Source: an uncultured Planctomycetia bacterium (GTDB lineage: Bacteria; Omnitrophota; Gorgyraeia; Tantalellales; Tantalellaceae). Taken from it: a stretch of DNA of 64,000 nucleotides. The notes beneath the pieces were generated by a model. The model was not told where the DNA came from. It worked only from the letters and a program-made list of their open reading frames with translations, and searched no databases. Within the stretch, counting starts at the first letter, position 1. Each line of letters starts with the position of its first letter. Below, piece after piece: positions 30,683-39,211 of the stretch. The stretch covers positions 83 through 64,082 of the forward strand of contig CAZGQR010000004.1 of NCBI GenBank assembly GCA_964527765.1, in the 5' to 3' direction. The position numbers and the translations under genes are program-made.

Positions 30683-30823
30683 ATGACGCTTAATCATCTG
30701 ATCTATATCTTGTCAATAGTTTTTGGTGTTCTTATTCTGGCCGCGCCCAAGGTCGCGAATTATCTTATCGGGGTTTACCTTATTGCTTTCGGAGTGTTAA
30801 AGCTCATTATCGCTCTGAGCTGA
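30683..30823 (+). CDS. Small membrane protein (DUF3096-like, 46 aa; below the ORF track cutoff)
   Basis: MTLNHLIYILSIVFGVLILAAPKVANYLIGVYLIAFGVLKLIIALS*. Strong AAGGAGG RBS. Confidence 0.75.
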   Translation: MTLNHLIYILSIVFGVLILAAPKVANYLIGVYLIAFGVLKLIIALS

Positions 30824-30861
30824 GGACGTAAAGCGCAAGATGTAAAAAGTACTTTACGTCA

Positions 30862-30890
30862 TTGACTTAAGCGCTTGTTCCAAGTATACT
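30862..30890 (+). promoter_or_regulatory. sigma70-type promoter
   Basis: TTGACT-17 nt-TATACT, immediately preceded by the inverted repeat GACGTAAAG (30825-30833)/CTTTACGTC (30852-30860). Confidence 0.7.
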
Positions 30891-30921
30891 TTTTACAAAT
30901 CCAAAGGAGGAGGAGGATAAC

Positions 30922-31116
30922 ATGCGCAATATGAACCTGGGTGAAGGGTTATTGGTGCTGTTGGGGTTCCTGCTTATATTGAACGCGCTTGTTTTCAAGA
31001 TATCAGGGTTAAATCTCTTGCCAATGATCACGAATGTCAGCAGTTTTTTTATAGCGGCCAATACCTGTTTTCTTGTAGCATGCATTAGCGCTATGTTCGG
31101 GAAGTCCGGGGAATAG
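30922..31116 (+). CDS. Small two-helix membrane protein
   Basis: Very strong RBS (AAGGAGGAGGAGG) and two hydrophobic segments. Confidence 0.72.
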   Translation: MRNMNLGEGLLVLLGFLLILNALVFKISGLNLLPMITNVSSFFIAANTCFLVACISAMFGKSGE

Positions 31117-31194
31117 GACCGGGAACAGGCACATTGAAGATCGGTAGCCAGGTAGCGCGCTGATCCTCTATTCTCATATCAATTCATAATCAGG

Positions 31195-31218
31195 CAGCCG
31201 GGGCTTGAGCCCCGGCTG
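31195..31218 (+). terminator. GC-rich hairpin, possible terminator
   Basis: Perfect 10-bp stem CAGCCGGGGC-TTGA-GCCCCGGCTG, followed by only a short T run. Confidence 0.5.
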
Positions 31219-31234
31219 TTGTGGCTTCGGTAGC

Positions 31235-33232
31235 ATGTCATTTTCCAAAGATTTCTTCGAAAAAGACGGGGCGGTAGCCGTCAGGCTGCCCGGTTATAAG
31301 GTAAGACCGCAGCAGATCCAGATGGTCCAGGCGGTGGAGGATGCTATAAACGGTCCGCGGAACCTTATCGTTGAAGCCGGCACCGGCGTCGGCAAAAGCC
31401 TTGCATACCTGGTCCCGTTCATCGACTGGGCCGTCCGGGAGAATAAAAGAGTCGTTGTCTCAACCTACACCAAAGCCCTCCAGAACCAGCTTTTCATCAA
31501 GGACCTGCCTTTTTTAAGCGAGGCGCTGGATCTCGAATTTCGATATGCGATATGCATGGGATCCGATAATTATGTCTGCCTGAGGAAAACAAACAGAAAT
31601 TCCGCGCCGGACTCGTTCAAGGGAAAAAAACAGAAAAAACAGCGGGAAGATATCGTCAGGTGGATATCGGAGACCGAAACAGGCACGGTAACGGACATGG
31701 ATTTTGTTCCCGACAGGTCTGTATGGAGCAAGTTTTCGCGCGAATCCGATCTCTGTCTGGGGAGAAGATGCCCACATGGCGACCGGTGCTTTTACAGGCG
31801 GGCCCGCCGGAGGCAGTCGGGATCGCACGTGCTCGTGGTGAACCATTCACTTCTTTTTGCTGATATGGTATCGGGGGCGCGGGGTCTCCTGCCGGATTTC
31901 CAGGCCCTGGTCCTGGATGAGGCGCATACCCTTGAAGATGTCGGGACGGCTTATTTCGGCAGGACCGCAAATAGGGCCGGATTCCGGTACCTGATCGAGA
32001 GCGTAACCGCCCTGATCACCGGCAGGGAGCTGGGATCAGGATCGCAGGACGGTGTCAGAGAAAAGATAGATGAGATCAAAGGGCGGACAAAGGAGCTCCG
32101 GGCGGTTTCCGACGGGTTTTTCAGGGAAGTGGGGGACGTTTTCGGGCAGGAAGACCGGGCCGTGCAGTTTGACAGGGAGCGCTTTTCCCCGAAGGGGATA
32201 AGTGAGTCCCTGGAGGCGTTATCGTTATCCTTGAGAGAGCTTGGCGGGATTCTTGAGGATTTCGATACGCGCGAGACGGCCAGGACATACGCGGAAAGAT
32301 GCGACAAGCTCGCAGAATCCCTGGATTTTATTTTTGGGCACGAAAGCGAAAAATACGTATACTGGCTTGATATAAGGACAAGGAAGAACGCAGTAAATTA
32401 TTCCTTCCATGCCGCGCCTGTCGATATAAGCGGGCAGATGCGGTCATATCTGTTCGAAAAGGTATGTCCTGTCGTGTTGACCTCTGCTACGCTGTCTTTG
32501 TCCGAAGGAAAGGATGATTTCAGTTTTATAGAAGGGAGACTGGGGCTGGATGATCCCCTGGAGCTCGCGCTGGATTCCCCCTTTGATTACCGCAATAATG
32601 TGCTGGTGTACCTTCCGCGCGGGATCGCCGATCCCAACAGGGACCTTGATGCCTACAGGCGCCAGGTCCGGGAGAGCATTATAGGGATATACGACATAAT
32701 GGGAGGAAGGATATTCGCGCTTTTTACGAGTTATGAGATGCTGAACGCGGTATCCGACAGTATCGCCGCCGAGAGGGAAGATATCGATGTGCTGAGGCAG
32801 GGGGACCTTCCGCGTTACGTCCTGCTTGACGTGTTCAAGAAAAGCCGCAGGAGCATTCTGATGGGGACCACGACTTTCTGGCAGGGGGTGGATGTCCCCG
32901 GCAGCTCCCTGGAGTGCGTCATAATCACAAAATTGCCGTTTTCCGTTCCCAACGACCCCATAAATGCAGCCCGTATCAAGTCTATAAAGGACCAGGGGTT
33001 GAATCCTTTCACGGAATATCAGGTCCCGCAGGCCATTATCATGTTCAAGCAGGGGTTTGGGCGCCTGATCAGGAATCATTCCGACAGAGGCGTCGTCGCC
33101 GTTCTTGATCCCCGCATACGGACCCGTTATTACGGCAGGGAGTTCATTGACGCGCTTCCGAAATGCATGCAGACCGATGATATGCTGGAGATAAAGGCTT
33201 TTTTCAGCCGGCCGGCCAATAACGGGAGATAG
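31235..33232 (+). CDS. DinG/YoaA family ATP-dependent helicase with Fe-S cluster
   Basis: RPQQ (Q motif), EAGTGVGKSLAY, NYVC, C..RRCP...C, LDEAH, LTSATL, FWQGVDVPG, QGFGRLIR. Confidence 0.92.
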   Translation: MSFSKDFFEKDGAVAVRLPGYKVRPQQIQMVQAVEDAINGPRNLIVEAGTGVGKSLAYLVPFIDWAVRENKRVVVSTYTKALQNQLFIKDLPFLSEALDLEFRYAICMGSDNYVCLRKTNRNSAPDSFKGKKQKKQREDIVRWISETETGTVTDMDFVPDRSVWSKFSRESDLCLGRRCPHGDRCFYRRARRRQSGSHVLVVNHSLLFADMVSGARGLLPDFQALVLDEAHTLEDVGTAYFGRTANRAGFRYLIESVTALITGRELGSGSQDGVREKIDEIKGRTKELRAVSDGFFREVGDVFGQEDRAVQFDRERFSPKGISESLEALSLSLRELGGILEDFDTRETARTYAERCDKLAESLDFIFGHESEKYVYWLDIRTRKNAVNYSFHAAPVDISGQMRSYLFEKVCPVVLTSATLSLSEGKDDFSFIEGRLGLDDPLELALDSPFDYRNNVLVYLPRGIADPNRDLDAYRRQVRESIIGIYDIMGGRIFALFTSYEMLNAVSDSIAAEREDIDVLRQGDLPRYVLLDVFKKSRRSILMGTTTFWQGVDVPGSSLECVIITKLPFSVPNDPINAARIKSIKDQGLNPFTEYQVPQAIIMFKQGFGRLIRNHSDRGVVAVLDPRIRTRYYGREFIDALPKCMQTDDMLEIKAFFSRPANNGR

Positions 33233-33255
33233 CCCCACGCCCTTTCCGAGTTATC

Positions 33256-33284
33256 TTGAAAAGTGAGAAGCTTTATTGTATATT
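33256..33284 (+). promoter_or_regulatory. sigma70-type promoter of the moxR-bat operon
   Basis: TTGAAA-17 nt-TATATT. Confidence 0.55.
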
Positions 33285-33330
33285 GTTGATATATTTAGCT
33301 GGTAAATAATATCACAAAAGGAGGGATAAG

Positions 33331-34323
33331 ATGTCCAGGGGCATAACTGCTATAAATGAGAAGGTCGCGAAAGAAAGTGTTTTTATAGAAGAATTGATGA
33401 CAGAGATAAGAAAGGTCATCGTCGGACAGGATTATCTTATCGAACGGCTTCTGGTCGGGCTCCTGGCCAACGGACATATGCTTATCGAGGGAGTCCCCGG
33501 TCTTGCCAAAACGATGTCCGTGCGCGTGCTTTCCGCGGCCATCAGCACCAAATTCCAGAGACTGCAGTTCACGCCTGACCTGTTGCCCGCGGACCTCATA
33601 GGGACGCTTGTCTATAATCCGAAAGACGGCACTTTCACCACAAAGAAAGGCCCCGTTTTTTCCAATATGATCCTTGCCGATGAGATCAACAGGGCACCGG
33701 CCAAGGTCCAGAGCGCGCTTCTTGAAGCCATGCAGGAACGGCAGGTCACTATCGGGGAAAATACCTTCAAGCTGGATGAACCGTTCCTGGTCATGGCCAC
33801 CCAGAACCCCATTGAGCAGGAAGGCACATATCCTCTTCCGGAAGCTCAGGTCGATCGTTTCATGCTGAAAATAAACATAGGTTATCCCAACAAGGAAGAA
33901 GAGCACAAGATACTGAAGCGCATGGCGTTTACCGATAAAAAGATCGAGGTTTCACCTGTGATCTCGCCCAAGAGGATACTTGAGGTCAGAAAACTGATAA
34001 ACGACATCTACATGGACGAAAAGATCGAAAAATACATAGTAGATATTGTTTTTGCCACGCGCAAGCCCAGGAACTACGGAATCAACGATCTTGACGGGCT
34101 GATCCAGTATGGCGCTTCGCCGCGCGCCAGCATCTATCTGGCCCTTGCCGCTAAAGCGTACGCTTTCGTGAAACAGCGCGGGTATGTCACGCCGCAGGAT
34201 ATCAAATCAATAGGACATGATGTTCTCAGGCACAGGATCATTCCGAGTTATGAGGCGGAAGCCGAGGACAAGACGTCCGAGGATATAATCAAAAGGATAT
34301 TCGACGAGGTGGAGGTACCCTAG
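33331..34323 (+). CDS. moxR: MoxR family AAA+ ATPase
   Basis: EGVPGLAKT, RLQFTPDLLPAD, LADEINRAPAKVQSALLEAM, ATQNPIEQEGTYPLPEAQVDRF, GASPR. Confidence 0.94.
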   Translation: MSRGITAINEKVAKESVFIEELMTEIRKVIVGQDYLIERLLVGLLANGHMLIEGVPGLAKTMSVRVLSAAISTKFQRLQFTPDLLPADLIGTLVYNPKDGTFTTKKGPVFSNMILADEINRAPAKVQSALLEAMQERQVTIGENTFKLDEPFLVMATQNPIEQEGTYPLPEAQVDRFMLKINIGYPNKEEEHKILKRMAFTDKKIEVSPVISPKRILEVRKLINDIYMDEKIEKYIVDIVFATRKPRNYGINDLDGLIQYGASPRASIYLALAAKAYAFVKQRGYVTPQDIKSIGHDVLRHRIIPSYEAEAEDKTSEDIIKRIFDEVEVP

Positions 34324-34341
34324 TCGGCAGGATATAAGCCC

Positions 34342-35241
34342 ATGATCCCGAAAGAAATAATCCGCAAGATACGCAGAATACAGATCACAACGTCCCGGAA
34401 GGTGACTGACGTTTTCGCGGGTCAGTACCAGAGCGTTTTTAAGGGCATGGGAATGGAATTCGACGAGGTGCGGGAATATTTTCCGGGGGACGAGATACGC
34501 TCGATCGACTGGAACGTTACGGCCCGCATGGGACATCCTTATGTCAAGAAGTTCGTGGAAGAACGCGAACTTACGATAATGATACTTCTGGATGTGTCCA
34601 TGTCCTGTCGTTTCGGCACGGCCGGACGCACCAAGAGTGAACTGGCGGCGGAACTGTGTTCCGTCCTGGCATTTTCCGCCATACAGAACAACGATAAAGT
34701 GGGAATGCTCACCTTCACCGACCGTGTGGAAAAATTCATACCGCCCAGAAAAGGCATACGTCATGTATTGCGTGTCGTTCGCGAAGCCATCTACAACAAG
34801 CCGCAGGGGAGCGGGACCGATATAAAGGGCGTCCTGGAATACCTGAACGGTGTTACCACCCGCCGAACCATCACTTTCGTGGTATCGGATTTTTTCGCGC
34901 CCGATTTCAAGAAAACCCTGGCAATAACGAATAAACGGCACGATGTTATCGCCGTCACCATCACCGATCCCGCCGAGACGGAGCTGCCGCGGGCGGGCAT
35001 AGTGAGGGTCCATGACGCGGAAACAGGCACCCCTTATGTAATTGACACTTCCGATCCGCAAGTGCGGAGTTTTTATAAAGACCGCGCCGGGAGATCGGCC
35101 GAGAGCCGGCGCGGGCTGTTCAGGTCCGTGGGCGTGGACAATATCATCCTCCAGACGGACAAGTCTTATGTGGAACCGCTTATACGCTTCTTCCGCATGC
35201 GCGAGAGGCGGCTGTCCCGCCAGATAGTGGGGTGGAGTTAG
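34342..35241 (+). CDS. DUF58 (VWA-like) protein
   Basis: GMEFDEVREY.PGDEIRSIDWNVTAR, YVKKFVEERE, VSDF. Confidence 0.92.
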   Translation: MIPKEIIRKIRRIQITTSRKVTDVFAGQYQSVFKGMGMEFDEVREYFPGDEIRSIDWNVTARMGHPYVKKFVEERELTIMILLDVSMSCRFGTAGRTKSELAAELCSVLAFSAIQNNDKVGMLTFTDRVEKFIPPRKGIRHVLRVVREAIYNKPQGSGTDIKGVLEYLNGVTTRRTITFVVSDFFAPDFKKTLAITNKRHDVIAVTITDPAETELPRAGIVRVHDAETGTPYVIDTSDPQVRSFYKDRAGRSAESRRGLFRSVGVDNIILQTDKSYVEPLIRFFRMRERRLSRQIVGWS

Positions 35242-35242
35242 A

Positions 35243-36184
35243 GTGAAGCGCGCATTTCTTATATTTACGGCGCTATTGATCGCGGCAGGCGCGCTGTCCG
35301 GCGCATACGCTGATAACAAGGCCGAGAAGCCTTTTGAGATCACGGCAAAGGTCGATAAGGATGAGGTCAATGTCGGCGACAGGATAAAACTTTACGTCGC
35401 TGCCGAGGGGGCGTCCGGATATGAAGTATCATTTCCGGAAACACCGGACATGCTTGGCGATTTTTCTTTTATCGGGTCCCGCCCGATAAGGCCCGGGTTC
35501 GGAAAGACATCGGAACCGGGGCGCGAGTATGAACTGAGCGTCTATGCCACCGGGGCGCATGTCATCCCGCCCGTTCAGGTGAGGTACAGAAAACCGGGCG
35601 AAGACCGGTGGCATGTTCTGGAAAGCCCGCAGGTCCCGGTAGAAGTAAAGAGCCTTCTGACCGGGGAAGATACGGACATCAGGGACGTAAAAGGCCCGGT
35701 GACATTCGGGCCGGGACTGTCGCGGATAGCGCTTATCCTGATGGTGATGTTCATCGCGGGCGCGGCAGGCCGGGCGCTATGGATCAGGAAGAAAAAGCGC
35801 GCCTACCCGGGTGCCGCGGAACCAAGATCCGCGTATGAGATCGCCCATGAACAGCTGAAGCAGCTTAAGGGCATGGATCTCCCCGGACAGGGGCGCGTCA
35901 AGGAATATTATGTAAGACTGTCGGACATCGTCAGGCATTATCTGGAAAACAGGTTCTCATTTCGGGCGCCCGAAATGACCACAGAAGAGTTCATGACGGC
36001 CATGAAGGACTCGCCGGAGATGCTGAACGAACATAAAGACCTGCTTAAGGATTTCCTGTTCCATTGCGACATGGTGAAGTTCGCAAAGTACGGGCCGACC
36101 CCGCTGGAGATACTTGACAGCTTTCGTTCCGCGGAACATCTTCTTGAGCAGACCAGATTGGATGAGGAGGAGGAAGGGGAGTAA
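35243..36184 (+). CDS. Bat operon membrane protein (BatD-like N-terminal domain, single TM)
   Basis: Signal peptide, DKDEVNVGD, DIRDVKGP, a TM helix, YLENRF...APEMTTEE and DMVKFAK. Lies between DUF58 and batA. Confidence 0.78.
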   Translation: MKRAFLIFTALLIAAGALSGAYADNKAEKPFEITAKVDKDEVNVGDRIKLYVAAEGASGYEVSFPETPDMLGDFSFIGSRPIRPGFGKTSEPGREYELSVYATGAHVIPPVQVRYRKPGEDRWHVLESPQVPVEVKSLLTGEDTDIRDVKGPVTFGPGLSRIALILMVMFIAGAAGRALWIRKKKRAYPGAAEPRSAYEIAHEQLKQLKGMDLPGQGRVKEYYVRLSDIVRHYLENRFSFRAPEMTTEEFMTAMKDSPEMLNEHKDLLKDFLFHCDMVKFAKYGPTPLEILDSFRSAEHLLEQTRLDEEEEGE

Positions 36185-37185
36185 TGCGTTTTGCCAACCC
36201 ATGGGTCCTGGTTTTATGCCTTCTGATACCTCTTTTAGTGTATCTGGTCAGGAAATTCGAGGAAAAAGCGCAGAGTTCGGTTCGCTTCTCCGACCGGGAG
36301 CTGGTCAGGGGCTTAAAACCCTCCTTGCGGGTCGCATTAAGCCGTAAGCTTATTTATCTTCGCGCGGCCGGTCTTTTTTTGCTTATTCTGGCGGCGTCCA
36401 GGCCTCAAGCCGTGCTTGGCCGGACGCGGGTGCATATTGAAGGTATCGATATAGTCCTTACCGTTGATGCATCCAGCAGCATGCGGGCCATGGATTTTGA
36501 GATGGGGGGCAGGCGGGTCGACCGGCTTGAAGTCGTGAAGCATGTAGTATCGGATTTTATCAAGGAGAGGCCCAATGACAGGATAGGGATGGTCGCGTTC
36601 TCCGCGCTCGCATATACCGTGTGCCCCCTTACGCTCGATCATAACTGGCTGGAAAAGAACCTTGAAAGGGTCAGGATCGGCATGATAGAGGACGGTACCG
36701 CCATAGGTTCGGCTATAAGCGCGTCACTCAACAGGTTGAAGGATACCGAGACAAAGGAAAAGATCGTGATCCTGCTCACTGACGGACGTAATAACGCCGG
36801 CAGGATATCGCCCGTGGCTGCCGCGGAAGCGGCCGAAGCCCTGGGAGTGAGGATATACACCATAGGAGCCGGCACAAGGGACCTCGCCCCTTATCCCGTG
36901 AAGGATATGTTCGGGAACACGGTGCTCAGGCCTGTCCACATAGAGATAGACGAGGAATTACTCGAGAGAATAGCGGAAACGACAGGCGGCGAGTATTTCA
37001 GGGCCACGGATACCGCATCCCTGGAAAAGATATACGGTGAGATCGATAAGCTTGAAAAGACCCCCATGGAGGAGACCGGGTACAATGTTTACAGGGAACT
37101 CTTCGGTCTTGCACTTTTTCCGGCTCTGGCACTGCTGCTTTCAGAGGTTATATTGTCCAATACATATCTGAGGAGGATACCGTAG
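36184..37185 (+). CDS. batA: BatA VWA-domain protein
   Basis: MRFANP N-terminus, MIDAS DASSSM, DRIGMVAF, PLTLD, DGTAIG, LLTDG.NNAG. Confidence 0.88.
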   Translation: MRFANPWVLVLCLLIPLLVYLVRKFEEKAQSSVRFSDRELVRGLKPSLRVALSRKLIYLRAAGLFLLILAASRPQAVLGRTRVHIEGIDIVLTVDASSSMRAMDFEMGGRRVDRLEVVKHVVSDFIKERPNDRIGMVAFSALAYTVCPLTLDHNWLEKNLERVRIGMIEDGTAIGSAISASLNRLKDTETKEKIVILLTDGRNNAGRISPVAAAEAAEALGVRIYTIGAGTRDLAPYPVKDMFGNTVLRPVHIEIDEELLERIAETTGGEYFRATDTASLEKIYGEIDKLEKTPMEETGYNVYRELFGLALFPALALLLSEVILSNTYLRRIP

Positions 37186-38196
37186 ATGAAATTCGGGGCC
37201 CCTTACATGGCGGTGTGGTTATGGATCGTTCCGGGGGCGATCGTTTTTTATATCATGGCGGGCCGCGCCAGAGAAAAGGTATTGCGGGGTTTTGCGAAAG
37301 ATAACCTGCATCTGGAGATCTCCGGTTCTTTTGACATGCGGAAAAGAAAGATCAAGAATTCAATGATCATAGCGGCTGTTTTTTTCATGCTTCTGGGCTT
37401 GATGAGGCCGCAATGGGGGTTCCAGTGGCAGGAAGTAAAGCGGCGGGGACTGGACATGCTGATCGCCCTGGATACGTCCAACAGCATGCTGGCGGAGGAT
37501 GTTCTTCCCAACAGGCTGGACCGGGCCAAGCTCGCCATAAAGGATCTTGTGAAAAAACTGCACGGGGACAGGATAGGCCTTATAGCTTTTTCCGGGACAG
37601 CGTTCCTGCAGTGCCCGTTAACGGTAGATTATGACGGGTTCCTTCTTTCTCTTGACGATGTGGATGCCGATACGATCCCCGTTGGGGGGACTTCCCTGTC
37701 GAAAGCGATATATACCGCGATCGGCAGTTATGAAAACAACAGGAACGAGGAAAAGATACTTATCATCATCACGGACGGCGAAGATCTTGAAGGAGGAGTG
37801 GAGGGCGCCATCAAAAAGGCCATGGCAGCGGGCGTGAAGGTTTTCTGTGTCGGTATAGGTTCGACAGAGGGGGAGATCATCCCCATAAGGAATGAAGCCG
37901 GCAAGATGGATTTTGTTAAGGATCCCGAAGGCAATGTGGTCAGGACACGGCTTGTTGAAGAGATCCTGCAAAAAATAGCCCTTGAGGCCGGCGGGATATA
38001 TGTCCGGGCGACAGGAGCAGAATTCGGCCTTGATCTGATATATGATGAAAAACTATCCAAGCTGGAAAAGCAGGAATTTAAAAGCAGGATGGAAAAGCGC
38101 TATCATGAGAGATTTCAGATCCCGCTCGCCCTGGCGGTCATTTTGCTTTTTTTTGAACCGCTTATCGGTGACAGAAAAAGGGAGTTCTCATTGTGA
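37186..38196 (+). CDS. batB: BatB VWA-domain protein
   Basis: RPQWG, DTSNSMLAED..PNRL, DRIGLIAF, PLTVD, ITDGED. Confidence 0.88.
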   Translation: MKFGAPYMAVWLWIVPGAIVFYIMAGRAREKVLRGFAKDNLHLEISGSFDMRKRKIKNSMIIAAVFFMLLGLMRPQWGFQWQEVKRRGLDMLIALDTSNSMLAEDVLPNRLDRAKLAIKDLVKKLHGDRIGLIAFSGTAFLQCPLTVDYDGFLLSLDDVDADTIPVGGTSLSKAIYTAIGSYENNRNEEKILIIITDGEDLEGGVEGAIKKAMAAGVKVFCVGIGSTEGEIIPIRNEAGKMDFVKDPEGNVVRTRLVEEILQKIALEAGGIYVRATGAEFGLDLIYDEKLSKLEKQEFKSRMEKRYHERFQIPLALAVILLFFEPLIGDRKREFSL

Positions 38197-39206
38197 GGCA
38201 GGGTAAAGGGATGCGTACGGGAAAGATCCTTGCGGCGGCCGGTGTCATATGTTTCCTGGCGGCGAACATCGCCCATGCCGCGTCCGCCGGGAGCATGGCT
38301 AAAAAGGCCGGAAGGTTTTACCGGGAAGAGAAATACGACGAAGCTCTGGAGAATTACGATCAGGCACTTTCGATAAAACCGGATGACCCTATAATACAGT
38401 ATAATCGGGCCGTAACCCTTTACCGCAAAGACAGATTTAGTGACGCGGAAGAAGCGTTCTTGAGCTCGCTCGCCGCGGGAAAAGAGGATATAGAAGAAAG
38501 AACGGTGTATAATACGGGTAACAGCAAGTACCGCATAGGCGAGGAGAGTGAAGCGGGCGATCCCAGTTCTGCCTTGCAGAGTTACCGGGAAGCTGTACAA
38601 TATTACAAAAGGGCGATGGAACTGGCTCCTGATGACAGCGATGCCAAATATAATTATGAGTATACTTTAAAGAAGATCGATGATCTTGAGAGCAAAGCGC
38701 AGCAGCCGCCGCCACCGCAGCAGCAGCCGCCGCCACCGCAGCAGCAGAAGCAGCAACAGCAAAAACAGCAGCAGAAACAACAACAGGAGCAAAAGGAAAA
38801 GGAGAAACAAGAGCAGGAAGAACAGGAGCAGCAGCAAAAACAGCAGCAACAACAGGAACAAAAGGAAAAAGACAAACAGGAGCAGGAACAGCAGCAGCAG
38901 GAGCAGCGGGAACAGGAGAAGAAAGAGGAAGAAAGAAAGAGGCAGCAGGAACAAAAGAGGCGGGAAGAGCAGGAAAAAGATCGGGAACAGCAAGAGCCGC
39001 GGCCTGAACGTTTTGAAGAGAAAAGACCCGAGGCCTCTGAAGGCCAGTCCCCCGAACCGCTTGAGCCTGAACCCGCCGAAGGGGAGATGACCAGGGAAGA
39101 GGCCGAGATGCTTATAAGACGACAGAGCGAGGAAGAAAGCCGTATGAGGGCGGAACAGAAGGAGGCCAGGAAAGCCGGGCATCCCCGGGTCCTCAGGGAC
39201 TGGTAG
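38193..39206 (+). CDS. batC: BatC TPR protein with Gln/Glu/Lys-rich linker
   Basis: Signal peptide, TPRs (YNRAVTLYR, YNTGNSKYR, DAKYNYE), a low-complexity Q/E region and a C-terminal DW. Confidence 0.82.
   Translation: MRQGKGMRTGKILAAAGVICFLAANIAHAASAGSMAKKAGRFYREEKYDEALENYDQALSIKPDDPIIQYNRAVTLYRKDRFSDAEEAFLSSLAAGKEDIEERTVYNTGNSKYRIGEESEAGDPSSALQSYREAVQYYKRAMELAPDDSDAKYNYEYTLKKIDDLESKAQQPPPPQQQPPPPQQQKQQQQKQQQKQQQEQKEKEKQEQEEQEQQQKQQQQQEQKEKDKQEQEQQQQEQREQEKKEEERKRQQEQKRREEQEKDREQQEPRPERFEEKRPEASEGQSPEPLEPEPAEGEMTREEAEMLIRRQSEEESRMRAEQKEARKAGHPRVLRDW
38700..38741 (+). repeat. 21-bp perfect tandem duplication (QQPPPPQ x2) starting a Q/E-rich tract
   Basis: CAGCAGCCGCCGCCACCGCAG at 38700-38720 and 38721-38741. 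Confidence 0.85.
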
Positions 39207-39211
39207 GCAAC

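Noticed and set aside
31235-33232. DinG as part of a type IV CRISPR or defence system
   Set aside because: No cas genes or array are present, and it looks like the ordinary Fe-S YoaA/DinG repair helicase.
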